Shown in pieces: positions 11,351-21,700 of a stretch of 64,000 bases of DNA. Source of the DNA: Octopus sinensis (taxonomy: Eukaryota); contig NC_042998.1 in assembly GCF_006345805.1 (NCBI RefSeq), positions 141,360,001-141,424,000 on the forward strand, given 5' to 3'. The notes under the pieces are model-generated. The model was not told the DNA's origin. It saw only the letters and a program-made list of their open reading frames with translations, and did not search any database. The position numbers and the translations under genes are program-made. Position 1 is the stretch's first letter; the number at the start of each line of letters is the position of its first letter.

Positions 11351-11794
11351 ATGATGGTGACGACGGCGGCGGAGATAGAAGGCTTTCTGTGGTGAGTGTA
11401 CATTAGCGTCGTAGCTAGTGGTAGCAGGAACAATCGTATATCGCTTGGTTGAGTAGCGCTGTGGTCTAAACTTAGTTCTTAGAAGAACTGGAACCAAAGA
11501 CAAAAAGTGTCTGAAAATACTCCTTTATATACCGGTTGGGTGGCTCAAACGGGCCTCAGAAATGGAATCTTAACCAAAGGTCGTGATTGGTTGTTTCGGG
11601 ACAGTGGCGCGAAAATAAGTGGAGACAAATCGCGTCACGTGTCAACCAATCAGGTTAGTGTTTACAACAGGAACAAGTTGGCCAAAGATGGCTGTAACCT
11701 CAAACGAGATCATTTCTGCCTTGCCTTTCAAATAGTGAAGATATTAGAAATCGCTATAGTCATATTTCAAAATGGCTGAAACTGCCACGCTACA
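11347..11794 (-). repeat. 5' LTR remnant (first 448 bp)
   Basis: Matches 8041-8484, with about 3 substitutions by eye over the last ~420 bp. Confidence 0.9.
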
Positions 11795-12379
11795 CTAATA
11801 TGGATTAGTTATTTAATTTAACCAGACAGCTGTTTCTGTCGCAAAAGACCATATTTCGGGTATACAATTGAAGAATAGGTATTTCCACAAAAGTAATACA
11901 CATTATTATATTATGTCATTTGGAGATCATCAGTGAATAATAAGTATCTAAAATTAGTACCTTTAGTTTTTTCTTTGTGATCATTTTATATTAATTTCGT
12001 TTTCTAACTAATTTATATTTTATTCCTTCATTCGTCAATTCAAATTCAGAACTGAAGCTTACAAGCGTAACTTTGTTAGTATTCAGTTCCTTTCGTTCGT
12101 ATGATTAGATACTCATCACTCCCACCCTGTATAACTAAGTAAACATTGCCCTCGATTCTCCCTTATTTACTGGTAAAAAAAAAAGTATGCATATGCACAT
12201 CTTAAAATACCATATAAGGGGTAATATATAAAAAAAACCAATATTCTTATTTAACATTTTAGTAGTTGCCATCTATCGTATCTTATATACATTTTAAACC
12301 CCGTTTTTAGTCAGAAACAATAATATAAAGTCAATATAAAAAGCTCGAGGACGCACTGGTGGATTTATGTATTAGGTAT

Positions 12380-12421
12380 AGCCTTGATAAACACCCCACC
12401 AGCGTAGAAACACGTGTAGCC
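12380..12421 (+). ncRNA. Degenerate hammerhead motif
   Basis: agc-CTTGATAA-ACAC(cccacca)GCGT-a-GAAA-CACGTG-T-A-GCC. Palindromic helix III and GUA site are intact; the CUGANGA box is mutated. Confidence 0.45.
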
Positions 12422-12709
12422 TTGATTAAAAGTATCTTCTTTCCCCACAGACTAATAATAGGTAAGTTAGATATATTTTTTCAAATAATTTTATTGTCTT
12501 TCATAGTAGGTTTTTTAAATGCTTATATTATTTTATTGGATATTAAAGACCCGTCGTTGCTGGGTCATAGTGCTAGTGCATGCATATATGTGTATATATA
12601 TGTGTACATATTACATGTACATTTATATATATATATATACATCTACACATAAAATACAAAATACAAAGTTATATCTTGATATCGTTAGTGATAACAATAC
12701 TCAAAATAT

Positions 12710-13035
12710 ATAACAGACAGGAATTGTTAGCCCGTCTTTTGTAATTTCGATCAATTGTATCTTGTCCTCCCTCTTGTATAGAAGTGTGGCTACAATCCAG
12801 CCTACCTCTACTTCGGGGGGGGGGGGGGGGCTTTAAAATTTTTCCGGGACGTCCTACGTCCCAGATATAAAGGTAAAAGTAAAATATTTCCACTTTGCAA
12901 GTTCGAGTCGAGTACTCCCTTGCACGCTCCGTTGACTCGAACCTTGCTTCTATTGTGGCGAATTTATCGCCTCTGTTTAGATACCTTTCATAGTTGCACC
13001 AAGACACTTTTCGAAGGTGCTTTCCTCCATGTTAT
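12710..13035 (-). pseudogene. Tx1/L1-type ORF1 fragment (outer element, 3' part)
   Basis: Across frames: NMEESTFEKCLG, YLNRGDKFATIEARFESTERAREYST, LLPLYLGRRTS, PPEVEVGWIVATLL. Homologous to the ORF1s at 13445-14533 and about 19150-19420. Confidence 0.75.
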
Positions 13036-14700
13036 TTCTTTATTACCCACCAGGGGCTACGAAGAATGGCGGACATAACAAAACATGGGGGACATAGAAC
13101 AATATGATTAAATTTATGAGCAAATGAAAATGAAAAAATGATAATATGAAAGCGATGCTAACGGCCCCCTCCGCCAGCATCACTTACCTGTCCTTTTGTT
13201 TTCACTGTCACCTGAATGTTCATTCCCAATACGAAGACCATCCATATCCATTCTTACTCCGAAACTGTCCTCCATATATTCCACGAATTCATCGCTCATT
13301 CTTGTATCTTTCACCTCCCAATTCTCCCTTTCACACCTCAACACAAACTCATCTATATTCTTCTTTTCCAGCACTGCATATCTGATTCCATCCATTTCAT
13401 ACCATTCATACTCCTCCATTACCCTTTCACCTCTTTCTGTTCAGTCACAATATAAATGTTCGACCTGGGTTCGTTTTCAAACTCTTGTCTGTATGTATTA
13501 TTATTTTTCTTTTGTTTTCTTGTTGGAGGGGAGCGGGTGGGTTCACTGTCTGCAGGGGAAGGGTGGGATTCAGAGGGTGCGGGTTGTGTTGGGGTGGGTT
13601 GGAGCTTCGCACAGTTTTTCTTTTTCTTTCTTTTTCTCTTTTTTCTTCCTTCTTCCCACTCTTGTTGCATCTCCTCTTCTTCTGTCGTTTCTTTTTCCCT
13701 TTGGTTTCTTCCTCTTTTGGGGCTTCCGCGACGATTTCCTTTTCTTTTTCCTTTGGTGGGGGAGGGCAGTAGGCTCTTATGTGACCCCTCAGGCCACACT
13801 TGTAGCACCTGGGCGCCCTACCCTCCACCCACACTCTCATAATAATATTTCCAGTTTTTATACTGTCCGTAAGCTTTTCTATAACTTCCGCCTCCGTCTG
13901 TATGTTCATTACTAGTGTGGCACCTCTCACGCCTTCATATTTCATAATGGCGTGGAGGATGTCCACTTTATCTTCATTTCCTTTGATAACCGCAGCCGTT
14001 ATTAATTCGCCCTCTAGGTGTGGAGGTATTCCTTCCACCCTAATTCTGGTGGTCCTTCTATTCAAATACGAGGGGAACAAGTAAAACTTTTCTGTACTCA
14101 CCACCTTGGCTGCTATAATCCTGGCTGCTTTCTCACTTTTAAATTGTACCGTTATGGTTCCATATTCTAATCCTTTTGTCATGTACACAATTTCTTCTCC
14201 TGTCTGTAAGAAAGCCTCTTCAATTGCTTCCATGTTAATCACTTCCATTTTTCTACCTCCATTCATAAATACTTTATATTTAATGGTTCTACGATGGAAC
14301 CAGTCTCCGCGCCCTGCTAGAGGCAACAGCTCAACCTCTCCGTTCTCCTCCTCCTTCATGAACTCCTGGAAGTCCGTCAACTTAGCCAGGTCTATCTCTT
14401 TTTCTGTTGACTTCTTCGTTATACCTGCGTAGGTGCTTTCCATTTTTTTCACCGCCAACTCCTCCTCAGATGTCGACGAATTTTCAGAGAAATTTCTCCC
14501 TTCCATCTCATCCGTTTGGTAGAGGCGGCTCATAGTCGCCTCAGACCGAAAAACGGCCTCCCGAACAGAAAACGTGCGACGCACAGAACCAGTGCGACGC
14601 GAAACCGCACCAACCGACGTTCCAATTCCGCAACCACAATTCACTTTTTGTTCTTTTTTCTTTTTTAACCGAATTTTACAGAGCGCAAAAAAAACGCCAC
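13035..14700 (-). mobile_element. ORF1-only non-LTR retroposon (HAL1-like architecture), ~1.67 kb
   Basis: 5' leader, ORF1, short 3' UTR, AATAAA at 13044-13039 and an A-rich end. No APE or RT sequence. Confidence 0.7.
13445..14533 (-). CDS. LINE ORF1-like protein (RRM-like region plus CCHC zinc knuckle), C-terminus frameshifted and continuing to about 13180
   Basis: ATG at 14533 (MSRLYQ), TITVQFKSEKAAR, RRTTRIRVEGIPP, VEGRAPRCYKCGLRGHIRAYC (CX2CX4HX4C), then a basic and Pro-rich tail. Confidence 0.82.
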   Translation of the reverse strand: MSRLYQTDEMEGRNFSENSSTSEEELAVKKMESTYAGITKKSTEKEIDLAKLTDFQEFMKEEENGEVELLPLAGRGDWFHRRTIKYKVFMNGGRKMEVINMEAIEEAFLQTGEEIVYMTKGLEYGTITVQFKSEKAARIIAAKVVSTEKFYLFPSYLNRRTTRIRVEGIPPHLEGELITAAVIKGNEDKVDILHAIMKYEGVRGATLVMNIQTEAEVIEKLTDSIKTGNIIMRVWVEGRAPRCYKCGLRGHIRAYCPPPPKEKEKEIVAEAPKEEETKGKKKRQKKRRCNKSGKKEEKREKERKRKTVRSSNPPQHNPHPLNPTLPLQTVNPPAPLQQENKRKIIIHTDKSLKTNPGRTFIL

Positions 14701-14760
14701 CTTTTTTCTCTACATTGTATACTTTATAGACAATAGTCTTTTCTTTAATTTAATTTTTAT
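14701..14760 (-). pseudogene. Tx1/L1-type ORF1 fragment (outer element, 5' part)
   Basis: IKEKTIVYKVYNVEKK aligns with HRRTIKYKVF of the inner ORF1, which lies just upstream of the segment that resumes at 13035. Confidence 0.55.
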
Positions 14761-15019
14761 TATCCATCTGGACTATTCCATTTCTGTACGCTAATTTTAT
14801 TTTTAATTTATTCCCATTCATGTGAAACCACTTATTCAAGTTCAAATCATTGATGCAATTTTATACCAATTGCTATTTTTACTTTTGTCATGTTACTTTA
14901 GTTTGATTTTAATTATTACTTACTACATATAATTCAATTCTTCTTATTTTTATTGTTAAAGTGAAAGTATCTGACATAAAATAGAGAAACGTTTTTGTTT
15001 CACTTTTAACACGTAATAC

Positions 15020-15362
15020 TGAAATAGTGGAGAAGATATGATATTGCTATGGGCTCGCCCTAGGCAAGAAGTTGAACATTTTTTTGCCCTTGAAACTGCA
15101 TGGACCCTAAGTAAGGCATGTGTAAAATTTGAATGGAATTGGTTGTGTAGTTCTCAAGTTTTAGGGAATCGTAGTGGAGAAGATATGATATTGCTGTGGG
15201 CTCGCCCTAGGCAAAAAGTTCAAAATTGCCGATGACACTCCCCGGACCCTAAGTAAGGCATGTGTAAAATTTGAATGAAATTGGTTGTGTAGTTCTCAAG
15301 TTTTAGGGAAACACACAGACAGACAGACAGACACACATTCTCAGTTTTATATATATAAAGAT
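15020..15362 (+). mobile_element. Non-autonomous element with a 147-bp internal direct repeat and (CAGA)n, Helitron/HINE-like 3' end
   Basis: 15025-15168 is repeated at 15172-15310, followed by acagacagacagacacacattctcagttttatatatataaagat. Classification is from resemblance only. Confidence 0.4.
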
Positions 15363-15626
15363 AATTTTGTATGTGTATGCCATACAATAAGGTTATCCTG
15401 AAATAGGAGTTGCGGTTCTATTGGTAAAATCCCAAATTTGTAATAATATTTATAAATGATACTGTTTACATTGCATTAGTAAAATGTAAAATAGTAAATG
15501 TCTTGATAACCTGGAATACGTATTATTCCCTAAGATTTAAAAAATATTCATATATATGTGTGTATGTATATGTATTTCGTTTTTGGATTTGGTTTGCAAG
15601 ATTCTTTATGAGTTCATGTGTTGAAG

Positions 15627-15772
15627 CATATTCTGTTGTGTCTGGGGAGAGTCGTTTTCTTTTTGTGCCTTATGTAACACACTCACCGGTAAAATTTCTA
15701 CTTATACTGGTGAGTGTGTTACATTATAAGGCACAAATAGAAAATTACTCTCCCCAGACACAACAGAATATG
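15627..15772. repeat. Fold-back inverted repeat (~65-bp arms, ~13-bp spacer)
   Basis: catattctgttgtgtctggggagagt...cactcaccggta pairs with tactggtgagtg...actctccccagacacaacagaatatg. Confidence 0.85.
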
Positions 15773-16485
15773 TATGTGTGTGCGTGTGTGTGTGTGTGGT
15801 GTGTGTGTGTGTGGTGTGTGTGTGTGTGTGGTGTGTGTGTGTGTGTTTGCCCCAGCATGGTTGCAGTCTAATGACTGAAACAGGTAAAAGATATACATAT
15901 GTACATATGTGTGTGTGTGTGTGTGTGTGCATGAAACTGTACGTATGAATATAACCATTCCCATATATGGGATCAATAACAACCATAAGTGGAACGAGCT
16001 ATCCTGACTAATAGCCACTAGGCATGTCTAAGCTATGATTAGTTGGATTAAGAAACTGCTCAAGGCGAAATTAATGTTTAACTTTCGAAAATGAAGCTTA
16101 ATCTTTACGTACTTTTCATTATATTGAGAATGCGAACTCTCAAGTAAACGGCGTGGGGAAGAGAGAGAGGGGGGGGGCAAGTTGAAGTATTTAAGGCTTA
16201 AACATTACATCAAGGAAACATGAGATGCTTTCTTTTTTGTTATTTTTATCTTTTTTTGTCGTTGCATGTGTTGTATGTGATATAACGAGCATGACATCGT
16301 TAATGATATTGAAATATATCACAGTATCGTTAACTCCAGTGGCGGGTGTTTGTTGTAATGTATTGTGTTGTAATGTATCGTTGTCATTAGAGCGTGCTAT
16401 CGTGATGAACTTAATATTCTGGTATAAAAATGTAAACATAAAACATAAACTTTAGAGCAGTGGTTTTTTTAAGTAACAAATGCCA

Positions 16486-17175
16486 GCACCTCTCTTGCCA
16501 TGCCCACCTTTTTTGTTCTTCACGGTTCACTCATTTCTTCCGTTGTTCTCAAACTAAGAAATTCTAGCTCCTCTCTTACCATGGCCTCCACCAAAAATAT
16601 TCAGGAAATTTTGATTCCTCACGGTTCACTACCTCCTCCCGTGGTTCTCAAAGTAAGAAATACCTGCACCTCTCCTGCCATACCCTCCACAAAAATATTC
16701 AAGAAAATTTTGTTCTCCTCCACTCCCTTCTTCTGTGTTACTCGCACCTCTCTTGTCATGCCCACCTTTATGTTCTTCACGGTTCACTCCTTTCTTCCGT
16801 TGTTCTCAAACTAAGAAATTCTAGCTCCTCTCTTACCATGGCCTCTACCAAAAATATTCAGGAAATTTTGATTCCACACGGTTCACTACCTTCTCAAAGT
16901 AAGAAATACCTGCACCTCTCCTGCCATACCCTCCACAAAAATATTCAAGAAAATTTTGTTCCCCACCACTCCCTTCTTCCGTGTTACTCAAAGTAAAAAA
17001 ATGCCCGTACCTCCTGCCATGTCCACCACCCAAAATATTCAGGAAACTTTTCTTCCTCACCACTCGCTCCCTTCTTCCGTTGTTCTCAAAATAAGAAATT
17101 CTAGCTCCTCTCCTGTCATGCCCTCCACCAAAATATTCAAGATATTTTTGTTCCCCCATCACTCGCTCCCTTCTT
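16486..17175. repeat. Minisatellite with ~85-bp diverged monomers and a ~257-bp higher-order period
   Basis: Recurring cacctctc(c/t)tgccat / aaaatattca(a/g)gaaa / gttctcaaa(g/c)taagaaat. The block starting at 16486 recurs at 16743. Confidence 0.85.
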
Positions 17176-17249
17176 AATTTCATTCATTATCATCATCATC
17201 TTCATCATGTAAGTATCACACAAACAGTTTTGATATCGCATAATATAGA

Positions 17250-17540
17250 GACCCCCTTCGGTCACGACACAGACCATGGGATTGCACCTAGAATGTTACC
17301 CTCCCAAGCACAAGTCCATGCATACCGGCCTCCCCTCTCCACGCCACCAGTGTTATCCAAGGGAAAGGTAAAGGCCGATACAGCTTGACACCTGTGACGT
17401 CGCAACTCATTTCTACAGCTAAGTGAACTGGAGCAACTTGAAATAAAGTGTCTTGCTCAAGAACACAACACGCAGCCCGGTCCGGGATTCGAGCTCACAA
17501 CCTCACGATCGTAAGCTCGACGCTCTAACCACTGAGCCAT
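17250..17540 (-). mobile_element. tRNA-derived SINE with central cttgagcaagacact...gctccagttcac domain
   Basis: Reverse complement starts atggctcagtggttagagc...gagctcgaatccc (A/B boxes). Paralogues at 43320-43500, 48130-48480 and 59752-60045. Confidence 0.8.
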
Positions 17541-17751
17541 AGGTGTAGATAAATGTCATTACCATTAAAGCGGTGGTCTGCTCATGGGGAAATATTACTT
17601 TGCTGGCAAATAAGCGAGGGGTGGTGACAGGAAGGACATGTAACTGTAGAAAAATCTTCCTCAACAGATTCCCTCTGACCCATGCAAGCATGGAAAAGTG
17701 AACGTTTTATCGCCCTCCCTCTCATGCTCGCACGGGTTTACTTTTTTTCCT

Positions 17752-18130
17752 TTTATCTTGTCTCAGTCATTAGACTGCGGCCATACTGGAGCATCGCCTC
17801 GAAGAAGTTTTTGTCGAACTAATTGACCGCAATACTTATTTTCTTTTACAGTCTGCTACTTATTCTGTCAGCTTCTTTCACCGAACCGCGGGACGTAAAT
17901 ACACTAACACCGGTTCTCAAGCGGTGGTAGGGGACAAACCCGGAGACAGATACACACATACATATACGAAGGGCTTCTTTTAGTTTCCGTCTACCAAACC
18001 ACTCGCAAGACTTTGGTCAGCCCGAGGATATAGAAGAAGACACTTGCCTATGGTGCCACGCAATGGGAGTGAACCCGAGATCATGTAGTTGAGAAGCAAA
18101 CTTTTTACCACACAGCCACACCTACACCTA
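17752..18130 (-). mobile_element. SINE (same family as 4758-4950 plus 6222-6385)
   Basis: Contains both halves of the family in order. Confidence 0.8.
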
Positions 18131-18767
18131 TGTTGGACGGAATTTTTTAAGCAGATCTTTCTATAGCTGGTTCTCTTACCAACCTTCACCTGCTTCCAAG
18201 TAAGGTAATATTTCTGCATGACTAGCCATTTTCTGTGGAATATTGGAAACGAAGAACACTGCTTGCACGATGGGATCAGTATAGCGGGGCGGGGACACTC
18301 TTGTCCAGAAATGTTAGGGAATGCGTGTGTAAAGACATCTCTTCTTCATCCTTTATTTTTTTTGTCTTTGCACACGCAGTCACTAACCTTTCTGGACAAG
18401 AGTACTCCTCGCTATACTGGTTAGTATATATATATATATATCTAACACCCAGCATCTATCTACCTGTCTCCTCCCGCTATAGCGTACAATACTCATTCTT
18501 CCTTTCAGTATTTATCCAACATTTCAACCCATTCACTCTGTTTTGATTCTTCTAATAGACAGTACTGATTTTCTTCATTCGTTCACGAATTTACTTAACG
18601 AATACCTATCGTAATTGGATTTTTAATTGGATATCTCCTCCCTTTCTAGAAAAAAAATGAACCACAATTATATCATTGACGGGGAATGTTCATCCACTGT
18701 CATATGTGTTTGATCTATCACTTTCGGCAAATGTAAATATTTTGCAATTTTCTTTAATTATTCAAAG

Positions 18768-21700
18768 ATGGCTGATAAAGAAGCCCTCGACAATGGGACG
18801 CGTTCCTTGTCGGAGAAAAACGAGAACAAAGATGTAGAATGGCCTACACTTAATTACGTCACCGAGGCGAATATTGTTTTGTCTCTAAGCAACGTCAAAA
18901 CGTTCGGTGACAACAACAACAGCATCAACAGCAGCTGCAGTGACAACAACAACAACAACAACCACAACAACGATACTGAAGAAGTAAAGCTTAGAAACCC
19001 GAATATCGCCACTGCCACCGCCACCAAAACCGCCCTCACTGTAATTTCTTTTGCGATTGCTGTGGGAAACTTGGAGGATTTCCGCATAAACGAAGATTTT
19101 TAAATGGCAAGGAAAATTGTTAAAAGGAATGGGAGAAAGGTAACTTTAAAGCCTCCCTCCGACGTGATAGAGAATATTTTGAGATGCACTGTCACATACC
19201 GCTGCACTGGAGTTAAATCACGCCGAGTAGAAAATGCTCTTGAGAGTGAAATACAAAAATGTCTTGGGCGCGTGTGGGAATAGAAGACCCACATCTCTGA
19301 GGAGAGAAGTTTGGAACTATTAAGGTAAGATTTGGGACGGAAGAAGAAGCCAGGTGCCATTCCGCGACCACTTGGAGGAATGAAAACTTCTTAATCCCCA
19401 ACTATCGCTGCCAATGCCTTGCTAAAGTTAGTGTGTTGAATATGCCGCCAGAAATATCCATCACCTAGTTAGCGGTGGCCGTCATGGCAAAGAAATAGCA
19501 TGGCAGGTTTAGAAGAAGATGAAGTGACAATCTTGGAGACCAAGAAAATATCTAAACAAAACTAGTCAGGTGTAAGTACTGAACTGATCTTACAATATAA
19601 GCAAGACCATATCGACCAGTTGCCCGATCTAATCGATCTGCCAGATGGTACTCACCTGTAAGTGTTAGAGGAAGGTAGAAAGCCAATATATCACATATGT
19701 GGATCTGTGACTGAAACCAGAAAATTGCCCTGAAACAAGAAAAACTAAGCTCCCACATCTACCAACACTACAAACACTACAAACGCAAAATCATGAAGAA
19801 GTGCTCAAGATTCCTACACCTGCATCCATACCCACAACCACACCCACTTCCAAACTAAGACAAAGGTGGAGTCTACTCACGATTGCCACTGAAAAGTAAA
19901 CTTCTCCTGATCGCTCTACCTCCCAAACCAACATCAACTGCAATGACATGGGGAAAGAAGAACTAAACGAAAAATGAATCACAGTGACAAAAGGGGGTAG
20001 GTGAAAGAAGAGGAGAGTACATAGTCCTACTCTAAGACCTCAACAAAAAGATATACAGAAACAACAACTGCAACATAATTCACAACAAAAGCAAAAACAA
20101 CAACAACAACATCAAAAACAGCAACATCATCAACAGCATGAAATCACAGAAACACAAAATCAATCAATTACGGAACTTCAAAAGCAAGAATATTCATCAG
20201 ACTGTAGACGAAATGCATCCAACAATTTCACTGTTGTAAACAAGTGCAACAGTGAATTAATGGATTTTGTAAGTCAAAACAAAAACAAAATAGAGACAGA
20301 GGAAAAGGAATTTTGAGGATTTCATCTTCAAACCCCACAAGGACAGACTTTTAATTAAAACGTCGTCAGACGTTTATAAAACCATAAGAGAAAAATTCCC
20401 AGGTAGCGTTAGGATTTTTAAAAAATCAGTTGATAAAAGACTGTTGGAAGGGCTTTTAAAAAATTTTCGCCATTAGAGAGGCCTGCATCTTCCGGGATTC
20501 TCGAAAATCAAAGTGAGTAACCTCTTCTTTTTCTTCTCCGACTAGCTGACTGTGTTAAGAATGGGGTGTGTGAATGTGTGTGACCTAGGATCAGCTTGGA
20601 ATCAATGTCACTTCCTCAACGATCTCAGATCGTTTGATTTAGATGTGGCTGCCATTAGTGAAATAAGGGTCTTCGGAAAACACGTTCTGGCTCCATTTTC
20701 GAGGACTACGAGGTATTCTCATATTGTGGTTTATCGGGAGCGGGTGGCGGTGTAGCAGTGGTACTCTGGAAATCCTTAGATCTTCAGGTACAGGCTATTT
20801 TCCTGGACCCGGATGGTAGGGTGGTGGTCCTGGATGTGAATGGCAGCGAATGTGGCGCGTTTAGACTGGTGGCGATTTATGCCCCGACTGGGGCTGGAAG
20901 GCCAGATTTTTTCATGTGTCTGGAAACATTCTTGAGAACGTCTCGCACTTTATAACTAGTGGGGGGATGGAGTAGTATTTTGGATGCACGGAAGGACTGT
21001 GTGGGTTTAGTACATAGCAGAGGTGACTGTAAAAGCCTCGAAAACCTGCTCAGGACTTTCCAGCTTTCTGACAGGTACGGACTGGATTTCCCTGATGTGC
21101 CAGTGTGGACATGGAGCAACCACACTGAGTCATCCAGATCATATATAGATAGAGTATTTGTAAGGTCAGAGGATAGGGATAGCATAGGTTGTCTCACAAT
21201 TTAAATTGGTCGGCTACACATATCACATGGGTGATGGGTCGGTGACGGTAGTAGACCTTACTTCATACCTGGACGGCCCTATCACGGCTCTCGGTAACGG
21301 ACACGAGATTCTACGCAAAGCCGATACAGCCACTGAAATGAGAGGCGATGAGCGATTGCACAAGTCGCAAATCGCCCGGTTTGGATGGTCTGCCCAACGT
21401 ATTCTATGTTCTTAGTGCTGTTAGGCGGGGTCAAGTAATGCTGCTGAGAAAGGACGCCGACAATGGGGACGTACTAGAGAATTTTCGACCCGTAACTCTG
21501 CTAAACACAGAGTTTAAGATTCTGGGAAAGGTGTCAGCGAAAAGGTTGGCGCTTGTCGTCGGTAGTCTGATCGGAGAGGTACAAACGTGCGCAATCTAGA
21601 GCAGGTCTATCCAGACAACATCCACCTTATGCGGGCGGGAGATAAAGCTGGCTTCGGTGAGGCCCTGATCAATTTAGATCAGTCGAAAGCTTTCCATAGG

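Larger units (their letters stand above)
7637..11794 (-). mobile_element. Ty3/Gypsy LTR retrotransposon, internally rearranged and lacking RT/RNaseH
   Basis: TG...CA termini, 4-bp TSD CTAA at 7633-7636 and 11795-11798, two near-identical LTR sequences, PBS, PPT, gag, protease and integrase. Confidence 0.93.

Noticed and set aside
11820-11860. Minus-strand GAAACAGCTGTC helix III palindrome
   Set aside because: The upstream CUGANGA box is not recognisable; at most a very eroded remnant.
13196-13915. 239-aa hydrophobic + strand ORF
   Set aside because: It is the antisense shadow of the purine-rich ORF1 tail.
16486-17175. Regularly spaced repeats suggesting a CRISPR-like array
   Set aside because: The intervening sequences are themselves repeated and diverged, there are no unique spacers or cas genes, and the context is eukaryotic.
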